Shown: positions 40,201 through 51,186, counted from the first letter of the stretch. The stretch is 64,000 nucleotides of DNA from an uncultured Chloroflexia bacterium (GCA_963716695.1 CAVQTT010000024.1:51387-115386), one strand, 5' to 3'. Program-made: numbers and translations. The notes: a model not told the origin generated them from the sequence alone.

Positions 40201-43161
40201 TCCAGCTCCCGAGTGTAGTCTACCTGCCCGATCTCACCGATCTCATAATTCCAGGAAACCTTGTTGAACTCTGCCGTTAAACTATGAACGCCGGCAGGTT
40301 GTTTTTCCCAATCCACGGTCAGGATCTCAAAATCAACTTGCTGATCAGCCTCAACGATCCAGGCTGAAGGATCTACTCCGATATAAAAATCACTGGGGTG
40401 GACTAGCATCTCGGCCTGGCTGGAAACCTGAAACCCGCTTTCATCCTGGGCGGTCACGCTCAGGAAATAAACTGCCGGCAGGATGATCTCGTTTTCATAT
40501 TGATCGATTTTCGAGACCTGGTCCTGGATTGTCCAGCTTCCATGAATGTCTGTTATTCCCTCTCCTGACGCCACCAAGCTCCCCCAGGAAGGTGGAAAAT
40601 GATAGCCCGGGTAAACAAACCAATCACTGTCCAAAACTCCCACCTGATATCCTGGTAAATAAAAATCCGTACCCTGGGCCCTCAAGCTCCAGCTCAGATC
40701 GATCTCGCTTGCCGGAGCATCAAAATAATATCGGGCGGAAAGATCGCCCTGCCATTCCTCGCCGGGCAAAATTTCGGCTTGATTGAGAGTCAGCCCCAGA
40801 TTGATCTCAGGCTTGCGATATTCAGCGACCTGGAATAAAACCATGCCGTATTCAGTTTCCAGACGGTAATAACCTGGCCTGGCATGGCTGGACAGCTGGA
40901 ACTGACCGTGGGCAGTCCCGTACTTCGAAAGGGGCAGGGTTACTTCCTGGCCGATCCCTTCATTTTGATACAGGGTGACCTGGATCGTTTTATCGGCCGG
41001 GATGGCATAACGTCCGTCTTCCCGGTCCCTGTGAACCAGGCGGTAGTAGATAGTTTGGCCGGGCCGGTAGATCGGCCTGTCAGTATAGATATAGGTTTGA
41101 GGTTGGGGAACACCGTAGTTTGAATCAAGTCCAAAATGATAGGGTTCAATTCCAAACGCCCAATCACTGGAAGTAATTCCAAAATTTTCCTCTCCCGGTG
41201 TTCCACTCACGGCGTAAAAAACACGATCATAAAGGTCAAGTGGCTGGGGAAAATCCTCCTGGTAGATGCCTTCAGAATCGGTTTTACCCTCTCTAAACAG
41301 TTCACCTGTATCCTCGAAGATCTTGATATCCGTATTGGCAAGGGGTTCTCCGGTCTCCAGGTCAATCGCCCAGATCAATACATTCTCTGGACTGGTTTTC
41401 ATCATCAAGTGATTGTTGCTGACCGCCAAAAGATAGGGAGAAGGATTGTAGGGAAGCTCGGAAGAGTAGATTTGATATCTGTACAACCCTGGATCCATTT
41501 CTGTTCCTGCCTGATTGAGAGGCAGGTTTATTGAATAGCTGTCATCCCCCTTGACATTAAATATCTGATCCCAATACTTTAACATCGGGCGGATAATAAT
41601 CATCCAGGGACTCATATCTGCCTGGACCAAAAAACAAACCAAAGGCTTGTTCAGGTATGGTGCCAATATTGATCGAGATCTGGTATAGATTGCTGGCCCA
41701 GGCTGGGATGGCGTTCTCAGTGCCGGTTAGATATAACACACTCGAACCCTGGGAAACTGTCAGGTTGGGAGGAAGCGGTTGTGTTGTAAAATTCAACGTT
41801 TGAATTATGCCCAGGGTATCCCCCCACTCATCGGCCAGGCCCTCCTTAATCCTCAGGCTGTAGCTGGTGAGGGGTTCAAAATCGCCGTAGAGATTCAAGA
41901 CATTCCCGTAACTTCCAGATGTGGGACAAAGATCACCTACTTCAGGAAAGATCGTGACATTGTCCAGAACACTGTCTCTGTCAACCGGGTTATTAAAATA
42001 CAGGGTCACTCCCTCATAAATAGACGGGGTATAGGTCTGACCGGCTGGTGTTCCCAGGAAGGCAAAATCACCCGTTGTCGAAAATCCCCAGCTGGTGTCC
42101 AGCCCAAGAGCAGTACCAGCAGCAGAGGTCACTTCTCCGGGCAAAATCGCCGTGTAGGGGGTAGTCCGATCAAGCAGCTGATCTGGATTAAAGGTCGCCT
42201 CCCTGTGATCATCCGACCACAACAGCGTTCCCTCCACCTGATCTCCCTGGCCATTTACCACTTGGAAATGGTCAGCAACGCTGCTCCCGTCCATGGCCTG
42301 GTTAAAAATCAGCTGAATATCCTTATCCAATTCGAACGCCGTTTCACCATCAAAGGGTTCGAAGGACAGCAATCGGGGATAGCTGGTGGAAAATGACCAG
42401 AAGCTGGTATCAGCAGGGTTTAATTGGGTTCCCAGAATGCTTGTCAGCTCTTCAGGGATATTAACCTGGTAGGTCACCCCTCCGGCCAAGCCAGTCGTGG
42501 GTTTGAATTGATAGGTGCTGGTGTTAAGCCACTCTCCTTCACCGGAGACCCCTGGAGTCAGGATCAATCCAGGAGGAAAATCCCGGCTGTTGTTTCCCAG
42601 GGGGACGATCGGTTGATTAAACACGACCATAATTACCGAGGCCGGGTCTACTTCATTGCTGCCTGGCAGGGGTAACATCGTGGTTGCCGAAATCCAGTCC
42701 GGGGTGAAGAAAAAACCCCTGAACGGATCCGTCAGGGAAAGTCCGTTTTCAGCGGCAGCGGTGGTATCCAGGTAGAATTCCACTTTCTCTCCCTGGGGAA
42801 AGGGGCTGTCTGGAATAAAGACCAGGGTTGCTGGATCAGTCCAGTGAAAAGATCCTGCCAGAGCAGGGCTGACTTCCAGGGACGCTTCAACACTGCCTTG
42901 ATCCATGGGCTGATTAAAAAACAGGCTGATCGGACCGCTTAATGGAATTGTGCTCCCCAGGGGTGGGTCAGCCTCAACAATTGTGGGCGGAAGGGGTTGG
43001 GGAGTATTGGTTGGCGCAGGTGTTGGGGTATTTATCAGCCCGGTATCTAGAAATCTTTCCTGGATCATGGCGGGCACATTACAGGAGAGTGAGATCAGGG
43101 CAAAGACAATCACACTGGCCGTTAGGATGGATTTGATCCCGGGGCGATTAAAAGATTTCAT
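37295..43161 (-). CDS. Bacterial alpha-2-macroglobulin-like lipoprotein with N-terminal Ig-like repeats (two apparent +1 frameshifts, ~41579 and ~38178)
   Basis: Lipobox LSC; FNQPMD Ig repeats; YTDRPIYRPG, VAEYRKPE, LPDNLTTW, PRFLVAGD, QNEDGGWGWW, VEDRIPAG, PGEYQILPA. Confidence 0.9.
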
Positions 43162-43248
43162 CGGCTGAATTCCTTTTCAAATATCAGGTTTCTGCGCCTG
43201 ATTCATTGTGAGATTGATTATACTCCCTTCCCATGGACGGCAATCCAA

Positions 43249-43289
43249 CACCAAAAAATGCTGTCGGACTTCGACAGCATTTTTTGGTG
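43249..43289 (-). terminator. Intrinsic terminator after ssb
   Basis: caccaaaaaatgctgtcg/cgacagcattttttggtg 18-bp inverted repeat. Confidence 0.85.
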
Positions 43290-43311
43290 AGTCAGTCTGG
43301 TTGGTGAGGAA

Positions 43312-43656
43312 TCAATCTGTATCGGGCATTTTACGATCCAGCATTTGCATATTGGATGATATTACCTTCGTAAAATAACGGGTAGTGCCATTTTCCTCAT
43401 AAGAATCGGTTTGCAGCCTGCCTTCCAGGAAAACCAGGCTGCCCTTTTTCAAATATTCACTGCAAATTTCTGCCAACCTTTCCCAGGCTTCAATATTGAA
43501 CCAATCGGTAACTTCCTGGGATTCTCCTTCCTTGTCTTTCCAGCGGCGGTTCACAGCCATACTGAAAACACAAACTTTTTTTCCGCTGGGGATGTTTTTG
43601 ATCTCGGGGTCTCGCCCCAATCTGCCAATTAATTGAACCCGGTTCAGGCCCACCAT
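43312..43656 (-). CDS. ssb: Single-stranded DNA-binding protein (short, lacks the acidic DDDIPF tail)
   Basis: LNRVQLIGRLGRDPE, TDWFNIEAW, LKKGSLVFLEGRLQT. Confidence 0.92.
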   Translation of the reverse strand: MVGLNRVQLIGRLGRDPEIKNIPSGKKVCVFSMAVNRRWKDKEGESQEVTDWFNIEAWERLAEICSEYLKKGSLVFLEGRLQTDSYEENGTTRYFTKVISSNMQMLDRKMPDTD

Positions 43657-43698
43657 ATTTCCCTCCTTATACGATATAATTGATAGGTCTTAGTTTGC

Positions 43699-43728
43699 AG
43701 TGTAGCGTTAAGGAAATGGGTTTGTCAA
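43699..43728 (-). promoter_or_regulatory. Sigma-70-type promoter for ssb
   Basis: Minus strand TTGACA-18 nt-TACACT. Confidence 0.5.
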
Positions 43729-43822
43729 CCATAGCTCTCTTTGAGATTTGCGCTGATTTTCAGGATGTCATTTTGCTTTCCACTCTACAGTTTTCTTATC
43801 AAAACAGGACCATTAAGATCAT

Positions 43823-44458
43823 ATGTATATAGCGATTGAAGGCGCAATAGGTGTCGGGAAAACCACCTTATCCCGCTTATTATCGTCGCGCTTCCAGGCC
43901 AATCTGATGCTGGAAGTATTTGAAGAAAACCCCTTCCTGGCTGATTTTTATGCCGATCGCGATGCATTTGCTTTTCAAACCCAGATTTTTTTCCTCTTGA
44001 GCAGATACCACCAGCAGCAGGATGTTCCCGAAGAGCTGAAATCCGGCAAAAAACTGATTGCGGATTACACTTTTGAAAAGGATGCCTTGTTTGCCAAACT
44101 AAATCTGGATGGTGATGAACTGGATACCTATTTCAGCGTGCATAACGCCCTGGCAGAAAAACTTCCTTTGCCGGATTTGATCGTCTATCTCCAGGCTGAA
44201 ACCAGCGTCTTGATGCAGCGCATCGCGCATCGCGATCGACCATATGAACGGAATATGGACCAGAACTATATTCGTAATTTGAATCAAGCCTATGAAGTTT
44301 TTTACGGCGACCAGCACACTGGTGCTCCGGTGCTCAAGATCAATACCAACCAGCTGAATTATGTAGCCAAAGAAGAGGATCTTGATTGGGTCGAAAACCG
44401 GATCCGCCAGACCCTCATGATCGGGCCCTACCAAACTCAATTCTTCAACAAAGCCTGA
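43823..44458 (+). CDS. Deoxynucleoside kinase (dck/dgk family)
   Basis: IAIEGAIGVGKTT, NPFL.DFY, FQTQIFFL.SR, RI..RDRPYE. Confidence 0.9.
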   Translation: MYIAIEGAIGVGKTTLSRLLSSRFQANLMLEVFEENPFLADFYADRDAFAFQTQIFFLLSRYHQQQDVPEELKSGKKLIADYTFEKDALFAKLNLDGDELDTYFSVHNALAEKLPLPDLIVYLQAETSVLMQRIAHRDRPYERNMDQNYIRNLNQAYEVFYGDQHTGAPVLKINTNQLNYVAKEEDLDWVENRIRQTLMIGPYQTQFFNKA

Positions 44459-44479
44459 ATTGGGGAAGGAATAGCCTTA

Positions 44480-45470
44480 ATGCGTTTTACACCTGAAATA
44501 CTCCGCCGCCACGCCCAGGTCCTGGTTGACAAGGAGACCAAAAAAAACCGGAGCATAATCGGAGCCTATCTTCAAGGTTCACTATTATATGGATCTCCTC
44601 TCCTGGGTGGTGCGGGGGATATCGATCTGGTATTCATTCATAACTCTCCCCCCGTGACGAGATAGACAGATCCTGAAGCTCACCCCTGAGATCCAGTTTG
44701 ATATTGAACATCACGACCAGGTCCTGTATCAAAAACCGCGGGAAGTTCGCTTGAACCCCTGGCTGGGGTCTGCCATTCGAGACGCCAAACCCCTCTATGA
44801 TCCCCGCCACTTTATAGACTATACGCAAGCCGGGGCAAGAAGTAATTTTGACTTCCCTGAGAACATCCAGGCCCGGTCCAAGCCCCTGATCGATAAAAGT
44901 CGCCAATTCTGGATGGATCACCAGATCACTGGGTCGAGAGAGCTCCTGGTCGAATTCCCCGCTTTCCTGGACGCTCTTCACAATGCTGTGACCGCTGTAA
45001 GCCTGCTTTCCGGTCCGCCATTATCCCCCCGCCGGGTGGGTTTGGATTTTCCAGCTCGGGCAGCTGCTGTCGGCGCGCCAGGTCTATCCCTGGCCTTCAA
45101 TCACCTGCTGGGAAGCGTCGCCCTGGACCCGGATCAACTAAAAACCTGGCTGAAAGATTGGGAAATAAGCCTGCAGGAATTGAACACCAAAGTCTCTCCC
45201 GCCCCCTTGCTGACAGAAAGAAAAACTTATTTTCTCGCTGCCATGGAATACTTCCTGAAAAGCAGTCGACCCCAGGATATGCTCTGGCCGCTGATCACAA
45301 CCTGGACCGAAGCCATCACCCTCCTGCCAGAAGACACGCCAAGCCAGCTGGCCTGGATCAAAGCCCTGACCTCGCTGGGATTTGCCGGCAAGGATTACCA
45401 AACCCGGCTGGCCGCCCTGGATGGATTTTTAGAAATATGTGAGTCTTTGATATTGGGAGAATCTCCCTGA
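44480..45470 (+). CDS. Hypothetical protein with an N-terminal Pol-beta-type nucleotidyltransferase motif (apparent +1 frameshift ~44658)
   Basis: YLQGSLL....GDIDLVFIH; shifted frame RDRQILKLTPEIQFDIEHH joins the 44751 ORF. Confidence 0.6.
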
Positions 45471-45484
45471 AGCTGATAACGGAA

Positions 45485-46771
45485 CTAGGGGGTCTTCTTT
45501 TCCGGCTTCGGCAGCACAACCCTGAGGGTTGCTCCTTTACTCAATCCCTGGCTTTCAGCCCAGATCCTACCCCCATGAAGATTGACCAGTTCCCGGGCAA
45601 TTGACAGCCCCAGTCCCAATCCGCCATAGCGCCTGGTCATGTGATCGTCTTCCTGGTAAAAGACCTCAAAGATCTTCTCCAGGCTCTCAGGATTAATCCC
45701 CCGCCCAGTATCAGCAATGGATACCATCACTTCATCTTTTTTATCTTCGACGCTGAGAATTATTTCACCGTCCACCGGCGTAAAGCGGATCGCATTTAAT
45801 ATCAAGTTGATAAACACCACGCTCATTTTTGGCAGATCGATATACAGCGGGATCGGGTCCTCCGGCAGCTGGTATATCACGGTATGATCTTCCTTGTTAA
45901 CTGTGACCCGGACTTCTTCCTGGGCAAAATCGATCACCTGCTGCAGGGTTGTGTCCTGGTAATCAAGATCAGCCTCTCCAGTGTAGAGCAGATTCATATT
46001 GGCGATATCGTCCAGCACGGCCCGCAATTTGGATGAGGCTTTAATGATCGAAGCTGCCAGGGGTTTGTTCTCTTCGATTGCATCCTCATACAGCAAGGTC
46101 GCATATCCCAGGATATTACCCAGCGGTGTACGCAGCTCATGCGAGGCAACTGCCATCAGATCCCGCTTTAACTTGTCTGCCTGACTCAATTCGATATTGG
46201 CTTTTTGCAGAGCCTGGATCAGCTGGGAATTATGGATCGAAATTGCGGCCTGAGACGCAACCACCAACAGCAAGGATACGTCAAAATCTGTGAATTCGCC
46301 CTCCTTTTTATTGAGGGCTTCGATCACTCCGGTAACCCGGTCCTTGATGCGCATCGGAACACCCAGCAGGGAATCGACCTGCAATCCAACTTCATCGGCA
46401 ACTTCGTCATAATGACGGGGGTCGTCCTTGGTGCTGTTGATGACCAGGTGGCGGTTTTCTGTATAGATGGTGCCCGCCAGGCTGTTCTCCAGCGGGACGG
46501 GGATCTGTTCCAGCTGATCTATGTTGACACTGGTGGTTGCTGCAAAGCGGAGTTCTTTTTCCCGCTCATCATAGAGCAGGATCGAAATCACACAACATTC
46601 TAAGAGGTCGGCTGCGGACTCGAGGATGTTCTGAAGAAGCAGTTCTGGCTTTAAGGTTGAGTTCAGGATCGCACTGATCTCTACCAGTTGGGCAATCTTG
46701 CGGGTCTTTTTTCGGATCTCTGGTTCAGCGATCGAAGAGGTCAGGTTGTTGAACATATCGGACTTGCCCAA
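45485..46771 (-). CDS. GAF-domain sensor histidine kinase (soluble, orphan)
   Basis: GAF SLLGVPM; ASHELRTPL; NLILNAIRFT; DTGRGI; GGLGLGL. Confidence 0.92.
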   Translation of the reverse strand: MGKSDMFNNLTSSIAEPEIRKKTRKIAQLVEISAILNSTLKPELLLQNILESAADLLECCVISILLYDEREKELRFAATTSVNIDQLEQIPVPLENSLAGTIYTENRHLVINSTKDDPRHYDEVADEVGLQVDSLLGVPMRIKDRVTGVIEALNKKEGEFTDFDVSLLLVVASQAAISIHNSQLIQALQKANIELSQADKLKRDLMAVASHELRTPLGNILGYATLLYEDAIEENKPLAASIIKASSKLRAVLDDIANMNLLYTGEADLDYQDTTLQQVIDFAQEEVRVTVNKEDHTVIYQLPEDPIPLYIDLPKMSVVFINLILNAIRFTPVDGEIILSVEDKKDEVMVSIADTGRGINPESLEKIFEVFYQEDDHMTRRYGGLGLGLSIARELVNLHGGRIWAESQGLSKGATLRVVLPKPEKKTP

Positions 46772-46846
46772 TGATAATTATTGATCAGCTGGTTAATTAT
46801 AGTCCAACTACCCCAAGGAACACCTTTTATTTTCGAAAGTCCTGAC

Positions 46847-47597
46847 CTATTCTTCGAACCTGGAATCCTCGATTTGTTTTTTTAGATCTCCCTCTCCAGT
46901 CGAAATAGCGGAAGGTTGATCTTTGTTGCTAAATCTAGCTTCAGCTGCCATAAGTTTATCCTGAGACGCCCGGGCCAGGACACTCATTTTTCCGCAGTGG
47001 GGACAGCGGACCAATTTTCCCGTCACCATATTAGGAGACATCATCGATCGCGAAAAAGGCAGCTGGCACCTCGGACATACCACACCTCCTGCCGGCCCAT
47101 ATTTTCCCAGCACAAAGTTCTTCTCCCGATTAAATAGAAGAGGAAGACCAATCCCCAGAAGAGTCAGGACTGCAACCCCGATCAAGAGCGGCCCAATCAA
47201 TTGCTGGGTTTCTCCCCAGGCTTGATCCGAAGACAGGAAATCCTTGCTGATCCGATTGGATTCCAGAGACTGGCCATCAGCCAGGTATCCCACGGCAGAC
47301 ATGCGGTGTTCGCCTTCAGAAAAATCACTGGTGTGGAATTTATAATGAAATGGTTCTTCTTCGATCACAGCGATCAAATCCCCATCAAAATAGAATTCCA
47401 CCCGGTCTAAATCCTCCGGAGGGCTGCTGATCTTTAGTGTAAAATTTCCCTGGATTTTGTTAAGTCCCCCATAGCCAAAATTCCTGGTTAATCCCAACAC
47501 CAGACTCCTCACTCCCGCTCTGAGCTGAAACCGTCAGCGGGAACATGAGGGCTAGAATTATCGCTCCTAGATATAGTGTCCGTCTATTTATTTTCAT
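46847..47597 (-). CDS. Signal peptide + Ig-like domain + TM + zinc-ribbon protein (apparent +1 frameshift ~47505)
   Basis: Reconstructed MKINRRTLYLGAIILALMFPLTVSAQ; RVEFYFDG..PF..GEH; TM; CPRC...CPHC. Confidence 0.65.
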
Positions 47598-47601
47598 GGA
47601 T

Positions 47602-48393
47602 TTATTTCCATCTCGAGAGGATCGTTTCCCGCTGAAATACTTGCACAGCGAAGTAGAACAGGATGGTGTCCAGGATCACCAGGGCCAAGGCCAACCAAAG
47701 AATAAATTGTTCGTTGATCAGGATCAGCCCGGTAGTCTGACTGACGAAAAGAAAAACCACCGGGAGGACAAAGATCCCCGAGATCTGCTCCGCAACCCGG
47801 GGGTCGCTCACCCGCGATGATATCATCACTGCAATGCTGACACCCATCAGGGAGAGCAGCGGACCCACCAAAAAGATTGCCAGCATCCAAAGCGGGTCGA
47901 ATAACTTTCCGACCACCAGCGGATTAGAAACCATCAGGTAAGCCCCTCCTGCATAGATCAAATACCCAACCCAGGTGGAGAGGACAGCTGGCAGGACTCC
48001 AGCCAACCCTTTGCCGATCAGGATCTCGATCGTTGATACCGGGGTCGCCAGAAGCGGCTCCAGGGTTCGGGTGGTCTTTTCACCCACGATGCTGTAAGAA
48101 GCTACCGTCATCGGCACAATCACCGGAACCATCATAAATAGCAGGATGAATTGGGTGACAATATAATACAGCATACAGTCGCCGCCGGATAGCTCCCCGC
48201 AGAGGGGGACAAATTGAGGAGGAAGATCTGCGGAGGAGATCCCCCCAAAATCCTCGGACCTTCCCGTAAAATAGAGGATGACCAGCGGCAGGGCAGTCAT
48301 CATCAGCGGCAGGAACGCCACCGTAAACAGGACAAACCTGTTCCTAAAGACTTCTCTCCATTCCTTGATGACAATTGCTTTAATTCTATTCAT
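47602..48393 (-). CDS. ABC-2 type transporter permease
   Basis: KEWREVFRN; SIVGEKTTRTLEPLLATP; FQRETIL. Confidence 0.88.
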   Translation of the reverse strand: MNRIKAIVIKEWREVFRNRFVLFTVAFLPLMMTALPLVILYFTGRSEDFGGISSADLPPQFVPLCGELSGGDCMLYYIVTQFILLFMMVPVIVPMTVASYSIVGEKTTRTLEPLLATPVSTIEILIGKGLAGVLPAVLSTWVGYLIYAGGAYLMVSNPLVVGKLFDPLWMLAIFLVGPLLSLMGVSIAVMISSRVSDPRVAEQISGIFVLPVVFLFVSQTTGLILINEQFILWLALALVILDTILFYFAVQVFQRETILSRWK

Positions 48394-49330
48394 GCTTTTT
48401 TTCCTCGGCTGCATCGATCAGCTCCAGGTAGACATCTTCTAGTCTGCGGCGTAGCTCACCCACAAATTGGATCTCCGCGCCATTCTCAACCAGCATCTGG
48501 ATCAAACGCGGATTATCTCGTTCTGGGTCCTCAACGGTAGCCACCAGTTTGCTTTCCACGATCTCCACTCCGCTAACGAACTGGGCTCCTTTTAACAGGT
48601 CTGCATAGGCCTGTTTCATTTCTGCTAAATGAAAGACCACTTTTCTCCCAAAAAGCTTCCGCCTCAAAACTCCTGGGGCGTCTAAGGCCAGCAAATGACC
48701 GCTCACCACGGCAACCCGGTCGCACAATCGGTCAGCTTCCTCCAAATTGTGGGTGCAGAGGATTATTGTCCGGCCTTCAGCTTTTAAGTCGGCGATAAAA
48801 TCTCTCACCAAGCGGGAAGCCTGGGGGTCCAGGCCGCTGGTCGGCTCATCCAGAAATAGAACTTCCGGCTCATGCAATAACGCCCGGGCAATGGCAAGCT
48901 TCTGGCGCATGCCTTTTGAAAATGTCCCCACCGGTTCAAACCGTCGATTCCAAAGTCCCAGCAATTCCAGATAGCGTTGAATTTGGGTTTCGATCTTTTC
49001 GACTCCGTACATGGCTCCAAAAAAAGCCAGGTTCTGCTCGGCTGTCAAACCATCATAGAGACCGGGAGCTTCGGGAAGCAGCCCGATCCTGCGGCGAATC
49101 TCCTGCCCCTCTACGCCAACTTTAAATCCCGCCACGGAAGCCTCTCCTCCCGTGGGCTCCAGCAGGGCCGCAAGCATCCTCACCGTGGTGGTCTTTCCTG
49201 CCCCATTGGGGCCCAGCAGGCCAAACACTTCTCCCCGATCCACCGAGAAGCTCAATTGGTTTACTGCCAAAATATCGCCAAAACTCTTGGTGAGCTCTTT
49301 GGCGGTAATCACAGGTTGATTATTCATCAT
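48386..49330 (-). CDS. ABC transporter ATP-binding protein
   Basis: GPNGAGKTT, FSKGMRQK, LFLDEPT, H-loop. Confidence 0.95.
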   Translation of the reverse strand: MMNNQPVITAKELTKSFGDILAVNQLSFSVDRGEVFGLLGPNGAGKTTTVRMLAALLEPTGGEASVAGFKVGVEGQEIRRRIGLLPEAPGLYDGLTAEQNLAFFGAMYGVEKIETQIQRYLELLGLWNRRFEPVGTFSKGMRQKLAIARALLHEPEVLFLDEPTSGLDPQASRLVRDFIADLKAEGRTIILCTHNLEEADRLCDRVAVVSGHLLALDAPGVLRRKLFGRKVVFHLAEMKQAYADLLKGAQFVSGVEIVESKLVATVEDPERDNPRLIQMLVENGAEIQFVGELRRRLEDVYLELIDAAEEKKHE

Positions 49331-50192
49331 ATCGACTCTCTTCAACTTGCTTGCTGGTAATTTGAGGGGTTCGCAAACCCGGTTCAGGAGGAGGTGGACT
49401 GGAAGGCTCATCCATTTCTGGATCCCGGTAGCGGATCTGCCAGGCCCAGAACAGCCAGGACCCTGCAAACACAAAAATCAACCCCTCCAACAGGACCAGA
49501 TCCATCCTGGTCACAAAAATAACAGCGATTGCGTTCAACGCCGTATGCCCCAGAACAGCAACAGCCACCCAGGAGAGCCTTTTTTCCTTGATTCCCTTGT
49601 AGACCAGGATCGAAGCCCCGACATGGAAGGCCAGGGCGGATATTCGCTCCCAAGCTCCCAGCAGGGTGTGCTGCCAGGGCACAGCCCAATAAGCCTCAAG
49701 CTGGGATTGGATCTGCGTAACCTGCTCGGGGTCAAAACCCGCCAGGGACCCCTCGCCCCCCAGGGTCAGAACCTGGACCAAAGCCACCAGCGCCAGCCCA
49801 CCGGTCAATACTGCCTCGATCCCTCCGTGGCCGATACCATATTTTACAGGCAGCAGCTCCTGAGCATCTCCCCTTAACCAGAAGCGGAGGACCAGGTAGC
49901 GGGTTATTTCCTCGAATATTCCTGCCGATAAACCGACCGCGACCCCGAAGACCAGGATCTGAATTCCACTCTCCGAGAGGATGGAAATATTCCTGCCCTC
50001 CAGGAAAGGCAGCAGCAGGAATTGATTAAATGGTATGTGGCCCACCTGAGAGAGAATAAAGGCCGCGAGACCAATCCAGATCGGGCGGAATCCTGATTTT
50101 CCCCGTTGATAGAACTTAATAGCCAGCCAAACCGGAAATCCCACCATTAGAATAATATTGAGTCCCCGCAAAATAACGCCAAAAGTTGTCAT
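49320..50192 (-). CDS. YhfC family intramembrane glutamic protease (PrsW/CPBP superfamily)
   Basis: AGIFEEITR, GIGHGGIEA, ER..A..FH, HTALN motifs. Confidence 0.85.
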   Translation of the reverse strand: MTTFGVILRGLNIILMVGFPVWLAIKFYQRGKSGFRPIWIGLAAFILSQVGHIPFNQFLLLPFLEGRNISILSESGIQILVFGVAVGLSAGIFEEITRYLVLRFWLRGDAQELLPVKYGIGHGGIEAVLTGGLALVALVQVLTLGGEGSLAGFDPEQVTQIQSQLEAYWAVPWQHTLLGAWERISALAFHVGASILVYKGIKEKRLSWVAVAVLGHTALNAIAVIFVTRMDLVLLEGLIFVFAGSWLFWAWQIRYRDPEMDEPSSPPPPEPGLRTPQITSKQVEESRYDE

Positions 50193-50201
50193 AGTTTTCA
50201 G

Positions 50202-50217
50202 TGTTTCACGTGAAACA
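50202..50217. promoter_or_regulatory. parS: parS centromere-like site
   Basis: Perfect 16-bp palindrome TGTTTCACGTGAAACA, matching the canonical ParB/Spo0J site. Confidence 0.9.
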
Positions 50218-50297
50218 TCTCCCTGTAAGGTCTGTTTTTTGCTCCACCCTGAGGGCAGAGTTTATCTGTGCCGGCGCAAATCCCCTCGGTTTCCCCC

Positions 50298-50684
50298 CTA
50301 ATCTTGTTTGCTCTCCTCGGAAATCCTTTCGAAATAGCCCTTGATCTCGTCCGCTTCATAACCCAGGTAGGCTGCTTTGCGAATATAAAACCGGGTCAAT
50401 TCCACAATTTTATCCTCTCCTGCTCTTGTCCTCGGTTTTTGTTCTTCAGGGTCCAGAATAAACGTTCCTCTGCCTGGTTGAGTTGAGATCACAGCTCCTC
50501 GGTCCAGCATTCGATATGCCCTGGCGATGGTATTAAAATTCACTCCCAGCTGTACTGCCAGCTGCCTGGTGGTGGGAAGCTGGTCTCCTGGCAATAATTC
50601 CTTTTTTTCAATTAACTCCAGGATCTGGTGAGCGATCTGCTCATAGAGCGGAATTCCGCTTTGAAACTCGATCTGAATATCCAT
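50298..50684 (-). CDS. GntR family regulator, YtrA subfamily
   Basis: PLYEQI, PGDQLPTTRQLA, VNFNTIARAY, GRGTF; short C-terminus; heads an ABC operon. Confidence 0.9.
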   Translation of the reverse strand: MDIQIEFQSGIPLYEQIAHQILELIEKKELLPGDQLPTTRQLAVQLGVNFNTIARAYRMLDRGAVISTQPGRGTFILDPEEQKPRTRAGEDKIVELTRFYIRKAAYLGYEADEIKGYFERISEESKQD

Positions 50685-50833
50685 ATCCCTATGCCTCTGA
50701 TCCTGGATTGTATCATTGTATCAAATAAAATTCTAGCTGATAATCCTGGATTGGCAAGGGTCTCTGAGGAATGAATGCCCTGCGTTTTTGGGAATAGTCC
50801 TGGGTTTTAGTCCTGGATTAGTTCAGGGCTGGC

Positions 50834-50862
50834 TTGACCGTGTTCGGCCTTTTAGGTATACT
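50834..50862 (+). promoter_or_regulatory. Sigma-70 promoter of tRNA-Leu
   Basis: TTGACC-17 nt-TATACT. Confidence 0.7.
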
Positions 50863-50874
50863 AGAATTTCATTT

Positions 50875-50959
50875 GCCGGAGTGGCGGAACAGGCAGACGC
50901 GCGCGACTCAAACTCGCGTTCCTTCGGGATTGTGGGTTCGACTCCCACCTTCGGCACCA
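50875..50959 (+). tRNA. tRNA-Leu(CAA)
   Basis: Cloverleaf; anticodon arm cgcga-CTCAAAC-tcgcg; long variable arm; GGTTCGACTCC T-arm; encoded CCA. Confidence 0.95.
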
Positions 50960-50969
50960 AGAATAATTC

Positions 50970-51002
50970 AACCGACCCTCAAGAGGGGGTCGGTTTTCTT
51001 TT
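50970..51002 (+). terminator. Terminator after tRNA-Leu
   Basis: aaccgacc/ggtcggtt stem followed by a T-rich tract. Confidence 0.75.
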
Positions 51003-51186
51003 ATTCAAACCAGGCAGGTCAGATAAAACAGGAAATCTATTTCCATGCCTGTCTATTTATTAAGTCAATGGGGGAAATTTAGCACTTCTTCTACTCCTGG
51101 AATCCTGCCGACCTCCAGAATAATTTACCCTCACCTGGTGGGAGAGGTTATAATTTTTAGTACCATTCTTCAAGAAGGAGCCCAGC

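Noticed and set aside
50788-51082. ORFs overlapping tRNA-Leu (and similarly 59053-59362 over tRNA-Ser)
   Set aside because: Shadow ORFs across structural RNA genes
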